A stretch of DNA of 35,031 nt from a virus. Taxonomy: Duplodnaviria; Heunggongvirae; Uroviricota; Caudoviricetes. The stretch is from the IMG/VR virus record IMGVR_UViG_638341082_000010, one strand, 5' to 3'. Both the position numbers and the translations under genes were made by a program. How positions within the stretch are numbered: position 1 is the stretch's first letter; each line of letters starts with the position of its first letter. Below the pieces are notes generated by a model. The model ran no database searches. It saw only the letters and a program-made list of their open reading frames with translations, and was not told where the DNA came from. Below, in pieces: positions 1 through 8,550 of the stretch.

Positions 1-1023
1 TTATGTGGATGAAATGTGGATGCCTCCTTTTAACGGATTAAGTGAAATTGCATCCTGGAGGAAATCAGGAGCGAGGTGCGCATAGGTCATAGTTTGCTGA
101 ATCGTGGCGTGCCCCATAATTCGCTGGAGCGTAAGTATATTTCCTCCATTAATCATAAAGTGAGCTGCAAAGGTATGGCGTAGAACATGTACAGCCTGTC
201 CCTTTGGTAGGTCTGGCTTAACACTGCGAAGCACCTTGCGATATTCCTCATAATTGACGTCAAACAAAAGGCCGGATTTCTTTGTTTTGATCTCACTAAC
301 AACCTCATCAGAGACAGGAATAATTCGAACTTTTCCGTTTTTAGTTTTGTTAAACGTCACGCGATTATTGATGATGTGTTCCGCGCGCAGATTTTTCGCT
401 TCTCCCCATCTCGCCCCAGTACTGAGACAAAGTAGCGTAATCCGCCGGGCATCACCGCTTACTGCATCCAGCAATTTGGCGATTTCTTCCGTGGTGAGGT
501 ACGTCATTTCGGGTGATTTTCGTTTCAAAGAGGGGAGGGCGCGGAGTGGATTTTCTCCGTGAAATTCCCCGGCATTTGCCAGGAGTGTAAACATTCCTCC
601 GAGATCCGACTCATCACGCCGAACAGTAGATTCTTTTACTCCTAAGGATAAACGGGAGCTTCGATAAGCTGCCATGAAACGAGCATTAATCTGGCTAACC
701 CTTGGATCATTCATTTCTTTGATGATTTTTTTCAATCTGGTTAGAACGCCGTTAGCATATGGCTTATTGCGTCCACCCAATTCCCACCATAATGGAAGCA
801 GATCTGAGAGATGACGTTGCTCTGTTGGCTTTTCAAGCCATTCCTTATCGTGCATGTGGCTGAGAACATAGCGCTCAAAGGCCACTGCATCTGCCTTTTT
901 CTTAAAAATCCGCTGAATCCGACGTCCACTTCGGCCACGCGGTCTAACATCCACTTTATACCGTCCACCATCGAGTGCCTTAATTGCCATTGGCAAGCCC
1001 TCCGGTGAAACGAGGAAAGACAT
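1..1023 (-). CDS. int: Tyrosine integrase (P2 Int-like)
   Basis: 340 aa; C-terminal catalytic motifs visible (GARWGEA, HVLRHTFA, YAHL); sits beside the repressor as in P2. Confidence 0.9.
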   Translation of the reverse strand: MSFLVSPEGLPMAIKALDGGRYKVDVRPRGRSGRRIQRIFKKKADAVAFERYVLSHMHDKEWLEKPTEQRHLSDLLPLWWELGGRNKPYANGVLTRLKKIIKEMNDPRVSQINARFMAAYRSSRLSLGVKESTVRRDESDLGGMFTLLANAGEFHGENPLRALPSLKRKSPEMTYLTTEEIAKLLDAVSGDARRITLLCLSTGARWGEAKNLRAEHIINNRVTFNKTKNGKVRIIPVSDEVVSEIKTKKSGLLFDVNYEEYRKVLRSVKPDLPKGQAVHVLRHTFAAHFMINGGNILTLQRIMGHATIQQTMTYAHLAPDFLQDAISLNPLKGGIHISST

Positions 1024-1056
1024 TCCCAGTTTGTAAAACGTAAGAATAATAAAGGG

Positions 1057-1359
1057 TTAACCAATTTTCCTTTCGGATGGGGGTAAGTCCGTTGGCTCTT
1101 GCCCATAGTGTGCGAGAGCCGGAGCTACCTGCCCGGATTCAGGCGCAATTTTTCCAGTCATAAACCACAAGGCATATTTTTCGAACCGCGGGCAATTTAA
1201 GATTTTCATCATTACATCCCCTTTGGGTATGGATTCGCCAGTCTCATAACGCCATAGCGCGTTATGCGGAATACCTATTAACTCCGCAGCCTCATTGCGA
1301 CTTGTAATGCGCTCACTTTCACGCATTAGTTTTAGTTTTTCACCAATCTCCAAAATCAT
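1057..1359 (-). CDS. C: Immunity repressor, P2 C-like HTH protein
   Basis: 100 aa from the internal Met (MILEIGEKLKLMRESE...), close to the length and sequence pattern of P2 C as I recall it (LWFMT..IAPESGQ.APALAH); alternative start at 1386. Confidence 0.8.
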   Translation of the reverse strand: MILEIGEKLKLMRESERITSRNEAAELIGIPHNALWRYETGESIPKGDVMMKILNCPRFEKYALWFMTGKIAPESGQVAPALAHYGQEPTDLPPSERKIG

Positions 1360-1360
1360 A

Positions 1361-1445
1361 TTGCATTCTCCAAATATGTAGTGCATTATGCAAACAATGA
1401 GTTGAACTATGGGGTAAATATCTCACCTATACCCCAAACAGGGAG
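1361..1445. promoter_or_regulatory. Immunity switch region between divergent C and cox: TGCATT direct repeats about 21 bp apart and a GGGGTA/TACCCC inverted repeat
   Basis: Read directly from the 94-bp intergenic sequence; P2 C binds direct-repeat operators at a similar spacing. Confidence 0.3.
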
Positions 1446-1453
1446 ATTATCAC

Positions 1454-1780
1454 ATGAATGAAGAACTATTGAGGGCATTGTTTAAGATCCCAGACCCCAT
1501 CACCGTCGATGAATTTGCCCGCCGCACGGGCAAGACCGAATCAGCCGTAAGAAAGTTGGTGGAACGTCGGCTCATCCCTCTGGCCACTGAGCGTGAAGTT
1601 TTAGGCGAGGAAGGAAGTTCACGCCGCCTTCTCATCCTATGGAACGAGTGGCTCGAAATGGTCTATGACGCAACGAAACAACTTCCTCCTGAGCGTAAAG
1701 ATTGGCGCAATCACTGGCTTAATAAAGCCAAGAAGCTGGCGGAAGATTTGGGATTAGGCTTTCTTAATTTTGCTGCATGA
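1454..1780 (+). CDS. cox: Cox/Apl-like excisionase and early regulator
   Basis: 108 aa, first gene divergent from the repressor; HTH-like segment EFARRTGKTESAVRKLVERRLIP resembles the P2 Cox pattern. Confidence 0.55.
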   Translation: MNEELLRALFKIPDPITVDEFARRTGKTESAVRKLVERRLIPLATEREVLGEEGSSRRLLILWNEWLEMVYDATKQLPPERKDWRNHWLNKAKKLAEDLGLGFLNFAA

Positions 1781-1798
1781 GATGCAGGGAGTTTTGAT

Positions 1799-2140
1799 AT
1801 GAAACAGCAACGTAATTCACGCTTTCGTAATGGTGCGGAACGCCATGCTAACCGTTTCGCTACCAGTGCATCACGTAGCAACTCTCGCTACAGCCTGAGC
1901 GAAACACACGCCACACCTGATGGACATCCCGTAAAACAAATCGGCGAGCACACCTGGCTGATTGAGAAAGCTGGAATCGTAGTCCACAAATGCCCACGCA
2001 ATCCGTTTACCGGAAACCGCATTTTTGCACTAAGCAGCGGCGACAATCAGTTCGGACAGGATTTCACATTATACGAAGCACTTCGCACGGTTGATCGTCT
2101 GCTTCGTGGGCAAAGTTTTATTAAACAGGCTGATTTATAA
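1799..2140 (+). CDS. Hypothetical early protein
   Basis: 113-aa ORF co-oriented in the early operon. Confidence 0.5.
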   Translation: MKQQRNSRFRNGAERHANRFATSASRSNSRYSLSETHATPDGHPVKQIGEHTWLIEKAGIVVHKCPRNPFTGNRIFALSSGDNQFGQDFTLYEALRTVDRLLRGQSFIKQADL

Positions 2141-2150
2141 CAGGTGCTTT

Positions 2151-2438
2151 ATGACCAAAGAGCATGCACAAGGTGTATTTATCCGTTTTATTGATTTTCG
2201 CGGTGAACTGTTATTACGCGCATCCGCTATTGATGGAGTGACTCCTGCGGGTAAAAACGGAGCCGCCGAAGCCACTTACATTTATCTGAACGGCACACGG
2301 CTGCTTGTGGAACTTCCGTACCAGACCGTACGAGAAATCATTAGCGAAGCTGAAAAGGCACGTCAGGTTAATGGCGATAAACCCTATATCGAAATTATTT
2401 GTATGGATTCAGAAGCAGAAATCCAGAAGGCAGATTAA
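2151..2438 (+). CDS. Hypothetical early protein
   Basis: 95 aa from the internal ATG preceded by AGGTG. Confidence 0.5.
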   Translation: MTKEHAQGVFIRFIDFRGELLLRASAIDGVTPAGKNGAAEATYIYLNGTRLLVELPYQTVREIISEAEKARQVNGDKPYIEIICMDSEAEIQKAD

Positions 2439-2448
2439 AGGGTGTGCG

Positions 2449-2691
2449 ATGGACAAAGAATATAAAGCTCTTATCAATAAAGCACTTGAGCGTTTTTATT
2501 TTCGCCTAAACACATCAGGGGCCCAGGCAGAACACGCAGCCCATGATTCATTAGCAAGGGCAATCAGAAGCCTTTATGACGTGGCTTTTTACGCCGACGA
2601 TTTGGATGCGATTAACGAGCTTTCCGAACTCGTCTGCGCTGCAGAATGCGGTGAACGCATTGAACCGTATAAACTGGGGAATATCGTATGA
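2449..2691 (+). CDS. Hypothetical early protein
   Basis: 80 aa from ATG at 2449, tightly packed after the previous gene. Confidence 0.5.
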   Translation: MDKEYKALINKALERFYFRLNTSGAQAEHAAHDSLARAIRSLYDVAFYADDLDAINELSELVCAAECGERIEPYKLGNIV

Positions 2692-2801
2692 GCATATTTA
2701 TGTCATGGCTTATTCTGATTATTTCGGTGGCCTGCGCAATCGGGATTATGCGAATTATTAATTCAGTAAAAAAGATTGAACGCTTTTTCACTGGTGAATA
2801 A
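2688..2801 (+). CDS. Small hydrophobic peptide, 37 aa (MSIFMSWLILIISVACAIGIMRIINSVKKIERFFTGE)
   Basis: ATGA start/stop overlap with the upstream gene; single predicted transmembrane helix; below the 60-aa cutoff of the ORF track. Confidence 0.35.
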   Translation: MSIFMSWLILIISVACAIGIMRIINSVKKIERFFTGE

Positions 2802-2894
2802 CGATACAAATAAAACATCAAATTAAATAAGAAAACGTGAAAACCATCCGTATTAACGGAGGTATTCGCACACGCAAATAATGGAGATACAAAA

Positions 2895-3305
2895 ATGCAC
2901 GCAAAAGAAGAAGGTATCATCAGAGCACTGAAAGAAATTTCAAAGACAGAAAACGAAGTAGCGAAAAAAGCCATAGCAAATAATCATATGGACGTCGCAA
3001 CCCACACACTGATAGTCGCAAGAGTCACGGCCGAAGCAGCCGAAATTATCGAAAAACAGGATGCTGAACTAACGGTTCTCAGAACACAACCAGTCACCGG
3101 GCTGGATTTGTCTAACACCGGACGCCTTATTTACACAATTGGCTCGGAGCCACAGCAATACACCATTATCGCCGGATTACAGGATAAATACCTGATCACT
3201 CCTCACCCCATAAGGGAATCAGAAATTCTGACAAATCTCCGCCTGATAGAGCGCTCTCAAGTCGCATTCATTGATGACGCACAGCGCACCGTATTTAACG
3301 CATAG
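2895..3305 (+). CDS. Hypothetical early protein
   Basis: 136-aa ORF with GGAG RBS upstream. Confidence 0.55.
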   Translation: MHAKEEGIIRALKEISKTENEVAKKAIANNHMDVATHTLIVARVTAEAAEIIEKQDAELTVLRTQPVTGLDLSNTGRLIYTIGSEPQQYTIIAGLQDKYLITPHPIRESEILTNLRLIERSQVAFIDDAQRTVFNA

Positions 3306-3328
3306 GGTTACTGGACAAAGGGGGCGCA

Positions 3329-3532
3329 ATGGCAATTAAACGTTTTTCCGTCATTCGTTTCACATCCAGAGGGCGTGAATACGAAGTTGACGAACGGCTG
3401 ATTAAAACGCTCGACCGTCACCGTTCGCAACCTGACGCGCATCACATTTATCTCACTGACGACACTTACTTCTGCGCCACCAACGTGGTGCAGGTGAACC
3501 TTATCCGACAGGTACAGGAGTCACGCAGATGA
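3329..3532 (+). CDS. Hypothetical early protein
   Basis: 67-aa ORF with AAGGGGG RBS; stop overlaps the next start. Confidence 0.5.
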   Translation: MAIKRFSVIRFTSRGREYEVDERLIKTLDRHRSQPDAHHIYLTDDTYFCATNVVQVNLIRQVQESRR

Positions 3533-3774
3533 CCATTCTGGACTATATCGCCGCCAATCCGGGTTGTAGCGGTGGAGAAATCGCCGCCGCGCTGAATACC
3601 CCAACCACAGCCATTAATGCGGAGTTACGCCGACTCTGGCGCAGCGGTTCAGTCATAAGAAAAGAGCGCAAAACAGGCGGTCGCTTTTCTTACCAGATAA
3701 ACCCGATGCCGTTCGGGTGCGGCAATCCACTTACCAACATGTTAAACCAGCTACTGAAGGAAGTCAGAGCATGA
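3529..3774 (+). CDS. Small putative winged-helix DNA-binding protein
   Basis: 81 aa, translationally coupled; helix-turn-helix-like core GGEIAAALNTPTTAINAELRRL. Confidence 0.45.
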   Translation: MTILDYIAANPGCSGGEIAAALNTPTTAINAELRRLWRSGSVIRKERKTGGRFSYQINPMPFGCGNPLTNMLNQLLKEVRA

Positions 3775-3893
3775 GCACCATCAACCATCAGGAACTACGT
3801 GAACTGGCGACTGCCGTGCAAAGAATGTCTACCCAAAAATCACTGCCATTCCGTGTGAGCCCTGTCCGGCAGGTACAGGAGTCACACGGATGA
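3771..3893 (+). CDS. Small ORF, 40 aa, translationally coupled
   Basis: ATGA overlaps at both ends; C-terminus RQVQES repeats the C-terminus of the 3329..3532 product. Confidence 0.3.
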   Translation: MSTINHQELRELATAVQRMSTQKSLPFRVSPVRQVQESHG

Positions 3894-4090
3894 ACAGAAG
3901 GAGAATTACACGCAGACATCGCCGCACACGCCTGAGCTCCCCGCCAACACTAAAGGAACTCATTCAAAGCGAGATCGGTGATTTCTTCGCTGGATTTGGA
4001 TCACCAGGCGAACCAGAAACACCAGAAGCGATGCAGCGCGAACTCACGATGCGCATCGACAACGTTTTCGATTTTTTCCTTAACCAGTAA
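3890..4090 (+). CDS. Hypothetical early protein
   Basis: 66-aa ORF, coupled start. Confidence 0.45.
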   Translation: MNRRRITRRHRRTRLSSPPTLKELIQSEIGDFFAGFGSPGEPETPEAMQRELTMRIDNVFDFFLNQ

Positions 4091-4104
4091 GGGAGTAAAT
4101 CACA

Positions 4105-4656
4105 ATGAAACTCAAACCAATGGGTACGCCTGGTGTGGCTCCGGCACATGTAAAGCCATGGACACAGCAGGAGGATGAACTTTTAGCCACGTTATACCAC
4201 TCCCACACAGCGCCGGAGCTGACAAAGCACTTTCAGAGAACCGAGTCAGCAATACGAAGCCGCATCCGTCTTTTGCTCTCTCAGGGGGTTATTCACGCCA
4301 AACAAACTCCACTGAGTACAAAAGAACTCAGCATGCTCATCAGGAATCGCCACACAAAAACCATCCGGGAACTCGCGAATGAGCTGGGGCGCTCGCCATC
4401 CACGGTAGAACTGAACCTGAGAAAAAGAGGGTATCGGTTCAGGAAATACGGGGAACTCCACCACAGAACCAGATACAGCGATCACCTGGTGGAGCTGGTA
4501 ACTGAACTGCGTGATGAGAAGGGGATGACATTCAGCGAAATCAGGAAGCACATCCGGGACACGACCGGGATATCCCTTAAAAGATGGGTCCCCGCCAGGC
4601 TTTACGCACGATATACCGCCGCTGATACCGTGCTTTGCGAACTACTACCGGACTGA
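4105..4656 (+). CDS. Putative DNA-binding protein with three tandem HTH-like repeats
   Basis: 183 aa; strong RBS AAGGGAG; three repeated basic helical segments. Confidence 0.5.
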   Translation: MKLKPMGTPGVAPAHVKPWTQQEDELLATLYHSHTAPELTKHFQRTESAIRSRIRLLLSQGVIHAKQTPLSTKELSMLIRNRHTKTIRELANELGRSPSTVELNLRKRGYRFRKYGELHHRTRYSDHLVELVTELRDEKGMTFSEIRKHIRDTTGISLKRWVPARLYARYTAADTVLCELLPD

Positions 4657-4776
4657 GTAACCACTATGTACACACAAAAAAACCGCTTGCCATGCCGCAA
4701 TCAGTCAGGTTACATTTCCGCTGCACCTCACAAAACGGGTGCCGGGTTTCGCAGCCTGCTGACAAACATAGCGCAC

Positions 4777-4797
4777 AACCGCGCCAGCGGTTTTTTT
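4777..4797 (+). terminator. Candidate intrinsic terminator (AACCGC-GCCA-GCGGTT then T7)
   Basis: GC stem followed by a 7-T run, read from sequence. Confidence 0.4.
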
Positions 4798-4976
4798 GTG
4801 CGTACTGTATCGCCACGTTTTTTTCGCACACGAATTATGGCGGGGCGTACGGGGCCGACTTCGGTCGGGCCGGGTTCTATGTTTGCCGGTACTGCGAACC
4901 TCGTACGTCTCGCCACCCACAGTTTCGCAGCTCTGGATGGTGAGTTTTCAAAACTTACACACATAGAGGCCACACC

Positions 4977-5207
4977 ATGGCAAACCGCAAACAGCACCGC
5001 GCTATCGCGGAGCGTCGTCACATCCAGACTGAAATCAACCGCAGACTTTCCCGCGCATTCCGCGTCGCTAAAATCATGCACATCAATATGCTGCATGAGC
5101 GTAGCTGCGAACTTTCAAACCTCTACTCATCCGCTGTTTTCAGTTATCTGGCGGATGATCTGCGCGAGCTTCAGCAGCTCATCCAGCAGCAAAACAAACT
5201 CCATTAA
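4977..5207 (+). CDS. Hypothetical small basic protein
   Basis: 76-aa ORF with AGAGG upstream; overlaps only low-quality alternative-frame ORFs. Confidence 0.35.
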   Translation: MANRKQHRAIAERRHIQTEINRRLSRAFRVAKIMHINMLHERSCELSNLYSSAVFSYLADDLRELQQLIQQQNKLH

Positions 5208-5279
5208 TTCCTGTTCCGGGCCTTTCCTGCACCTTGCGGCGGGAGGCCTTCGCACATCTGTAACAAGAGGATTGCCGCA

Positions 5280-5645
5280 ATGATTCTCGCCAACGACTTT
5301 CTTGAATACCTGCTCAACACAGAGCGTGATCTTGCCGTTCGCGTGCGTGAACGTTATGACATGTACCTGAAATCCCTGCCTGTACCGCAGCTCGCTGACG
5401 GAAAGATTGTTATTGATGGTCGCTACATGATTGACAGCCACGAGGGAAATTACAGGCTTTACTGCATTGAAGGTGGCACTCCGTCCGTTATTGGCATTTA
5501 CCAGCGCCCATCCTCTGCAATCGTCGATGTGATTGCCGACAGCATCCGCATCACACATCGCCATGCCGACACAGAAGACACCGTGCTGGAAATTCAGCGG
5601 CTGGCTGCCGTTTGCCGTGACACCCTGAACGGTATGACGCAGTAA
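5280..5645 (+). CDS. Hypothetical protein immediately upstream of A
   Basis: 121-aa ORF with AAGAGGA RBS. Confidence 0.5.
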   Translation: MILANDFLEYLLNTERDLAVRVRERYDMYLKSLPVPQLADGKIVIDGRYMIDSHEGNYRLYCIEGGTPSVIGIYQRPSSAIVDVIADSIRITHRHADTEDTVLEIQRLAAVCRDTLNGMTQ

Positions 5646-5651
5646 ATCAGT

Positions 5652-8474
5652 ATGACGACAGAGTACATCAGGGACTGGCAACAACCGCGCCACGCAGTGG
5701 GGCGTGAAGGAACGGGGATCCCCGCACCTGAATCCGCGCTTTCCTCCTGGCTGGATGCCTACCGGGCAGAGAACGAGCGCCGACAGGAAAAGGCTGATGC
5801 GGCGTTCTCCGCCACGCCGCTGGGCAACCTGATTAATAAAAGCCTGGATGCACAGGAAAAACAGGACAAAACTATCACACTGGCAGGAGACGTCAGAAAA
5901 CAGGCACGCGGCGCGGTGGATGAAGCCATGGCCTCGCTGCGCCTGCTGCCGTCCTATCTGCGCGATCCGCTTATTCGCCACCTCTCCTTCCTGCGCAAAA
6001 AACAGGAAGCCGATCGCCGGAAAGGCAAAAAGAGCTGGCAGGCGGAACGCTATGCACGCGGAACCCTGCGCAAAATATTCGAACGTCTGGATCGCACTGA
6101 CGGACGCTGGCTGACACCGGGTTATCGCTCCCTTGCCGGACGCGAACGCCTGGACGATTTGCTTTACCTGCCGCAGCTCAACAAACACCAGATACAGACG
6201 CTGGCCACCATGACGGCGGCGATGTTCAGCAGCACCTTCGAAAAACTCTGCGATGGCTTTGGCGCGACCGATGGCGAACTGACCATGGATGTAACGCTGA
6301 AGACGTATCAGATGCTGGCCCGCATGGCGTTACACCTGCACATCATGCCTCCACATTATGACGCACTGACAACAGATAAAGACCGGAGGAACGAACCGGA
6401 CACGGAGCTGCTGCCGGGCGCAGTCCTTCGCCTGACCTGTGCGGAATGGTGGAAACGCAAACTGTGGCTGTTACGTTGCGAGTGGAGAGAAGAACAACTC
6501 CGCGCCGCCTGTCTGGTTTCCAGAAAAACATCGCCCTATCTGAGCCAGGGCGCATTAAGCGAGTTTCGCGCACAGCGCGAGAAAACACGCGATTTCCTGA
6601 AAAGTTTCATGCTGGAAAATGAAGACGGGTTCACGATTGATCTCGAGACGGTGTATTACGCGGGAGTAAGTAACCCGGTTCACCGTAAGGCAGAAATGAT
6701 GACCACCATGAAGGGGCTGGAACTTCTGGCCGAAGCCCGTGGCGACAGAGCGGTGTTTCTGACTGTCACCTGCCCGTCAAAATACCACGCAACAACGGAG
6801 AACGGTCATCCGAATCCCAAATGGAACGGGGCCACCATGCGTGACTCCAGCGATTACCTGGTTAACACGTTTTTTGCGGCGGTCCGCAAAAAACTGAACC
6901 GCGACGGTCTTCGCTGGTATGGCATCCGCACGGTGGAGCCTCACCATGACGGCACTGTGCACTGGCATATGATGGTCTTTGCACATCCGGACGAGATTGA
7001 AACCATCGTGTCCCACGTCTGCGATATTGCCATTCAGGAAGACCGCCACGAGCTGGGCGATGACATAACTCCGCGTTTTAAAGCGGAGTACGTCGACGGC
7101 TCAAAAGGCACGCCAACCAGCTACATCGCCACCTACATCGGAAAGAACCTGGACAGCCGCGCCGTGGATGGTATCGACCCGAAAACGGGCAAGCCACGCG
7201 TTGACCACGAAACCGGAAAATCAATGGCCGAGAGCGTGGAGCGCGCCATCGGCTGGGCGCGCCTTCACCGGGTCCGCCAGTTCCAGTTCTTTGGCATCCC
7301 CTCCCGTCAGGTGTGGCGTGAACTGCGCCGCCTTGCCAGCCAGATGGCACGCAACCCGGAAGGCCCGCAACAGCTGAAGGATGACGCAATGGATGCAGTG
7401 CTCGCTGCCGCTGATGCCGGGTGTTTTGCCTCCTACATTGAAAAACAGGGCGGCGTACTTGTTCCACGCAAAGACTACCTGATTCGCACCGCCTACGACC
7501 TCGCAGATGAGCTGAACGATTACGGCGAACAGAGCGTACAGATTTACGGGATCTGGTCACCACTCATCGGGGAGTCTTCCCGTGTGTGCACACATCCGGA
7601 TAACTGGAAGCTGGTAAGACGTAAACCGGAAGCGGAAGACAGCGCCCGCGAAAATGGTTTTGACCTTCAGGGCGGCCCTGCCGCCCCTTGGACTCGTGGC
7701 AATAACTGTCCCCGTGTACAGGAAACGGACAACAACGGGACAGAACAGCCGGAAGAACGGCCAGCACCGTGGCCGCAGCTCCCTGACGGCGTTGAAGTGA
7801 ACGAATGGATGCGCTCACTGAAACGGCACGAACGCCGGGCGCTGATGCGTTCGCTGCGTGACAAGCAGGCAAAAAACAGCAGTGATGAAATGCAGAACTG
7901 GACACAGAGCCGCAAACAGCCACGGCCTTTGCCTGATAACCACGAATTACTCGCTAAAGAATGGCGGGAATCTGCCGAATCTCTCGGCCTGCATATCGGT
8001 GAACAGCAGATGCAGCACCTGTTACGGGGCGGCAGCCTGTACGTTGACGGCAGCATCATTGCACCACAGGGATTTGAAATTGTACGCAAACCGGATACCC
8101 GCCCGGACAGCCGAATCACGCAGCTCTGGCAGCACCTGAGCCGTAATCACGGCGTAAGCAGCACGGAGATCCGCCATAACCCGGTCGCCAGCTATCTGGA
8201 ACAGCTGGGGGCATCAGACCCCGAAGCCGCCGCACGTCTGGCATCCACACTTCAGCAGGACCAGAACACCATGAAAACCCCCGTTACCGTGCTTTCTGAC
8301 ATGCTGCGCGCCATTCGTGACGCAGAGCACGCACAGAGAATCAGTGAAACAACTGAACGCGCCCGCCGCAAAGCAGACCTGCTGCGGGGTGGCCTGACCA
8401 GTAGAAACAAAAAACAGACAGAAACGGGATTCACAAATCCCGTAAATGAGCAAAAAACGCGCCGCGATATATGA
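5652..8474 (+). CDS. A: Rolling-circle replication initiation endonuclease (P2 gpA family) with a long C-terminal extension
   Basis: 940 aa; HUH-type motif VHWHMMVF and paired catalytic tyrosines YIATYIGKN in the central domain. Confidence 0.9.
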   Translation: MTTEYIRDWQQPRHAVGREGTGIPAPESALSSWLDAYRAENERRQEKADAAFSATPLGNLINKSLDAQEKQDKTITLAGDVRKQARGAVDEAMASLRLLPSYLRDPLIRHLSFLRKKQEADRRKGKKSWQAERYARGTLRKIFERLDRTDGRWLTPGYRSLAGRERLDDLLYLPQLNKHQIQTLATMTAAMFSSTFEKLCDGFGATDGELTMDVTLKTYQMLARMALHLHIMPPHYDALTTDKDRRNEPDTELLPGAVLRLTCAEWWKRKLWLLRCEWREEQLRAACLVSRKTSPYLSQGALSEFRAQREKTRDFLKSFMLENEDGFTIDLETVYYAGVSNPVHRKAEMMTTMKGLELLAEARGDRAVFLTVTCPSKYHATTENGHPNPKWNGATMRDSSDYLVNTFFAAVRKKLNRDGLRWYGIRTVEPHHDGTVHWHMMVFAHPDEIETIVSHVCDIAIQEDRHELGDDITPRFKAEYVDGSKGTPTSYIATYIGKNLDSRAVDGIDPKTGKPRVDHETGKSMAESVERAIGWARLHRVRQFQFFGIPSRQVWRELRRLASQMARNPEGPQQLKDDAMDAVLAAADAGCFASYIEKQGGVLVPRKDYLIRTAYDLADELNDYGEQSVQIYGIWSPLIGESSRVCTHPDNWKLVRRKPEAEDSARENGFDLQGGPAAPWTRGNNCPRVQETDNNGTEQPEERPAPWPQLPDGVEVNEWMRSLKRHERRALMRSLRDKQAKNSSDEMQNWTQSRKQPRPLPDNHELLAKEWRESAESLGLHIGEQQMQHLLRGGSLYVDGSIIAPQGFEIVRKPDTRPDSRITQLWQHLSRNHGVSSTEIRHNPVASYLEQLGASDPEAAARLASTLQQDQNTMKTPVTVLSDMLRAIRDAEHAQRISETTERARRKADLLRGGLTSRNKKQTETGFTNPVNEQKTRRDI

Positions 8475-8519
8475 AGCGCGCACAAAACAGGCGAAAACGG
8501 GATTTAAAAATCCCGTAAA
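8422..8519. repeat. Two copies of a 20-bp palindrome (ACGGGATT-N4-AATCCCGT and ACGGGATTT-AA-AAATCCCGT) inside a roughly 40-bp direct repeat
   Basis: Read from sequence; first copy lies in the last codons of A, second about 35 bp upstream of the parM start. Confidence 0.5.
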
Positions 8520-8550
8520 CGATTAATTAATCAACATAAGGAAAAGCGAC

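Noticed and set aside
4666-5283. 205-aa plus-strand ORF (also 4635..4943, 4705..4920, 4728..5096)
   Set aside because: Low-complexity S/T/R-rich translation, no RBS, and it overlaps the better-supported 4977..5207 ORF; the region is more likely non-coding.
5127-6188. 353-aa minus-strand ORF
   Set aside because: Entirely antisense to the well-supported replication gene A; typical spurious open frame in GC-rich coding sequence.
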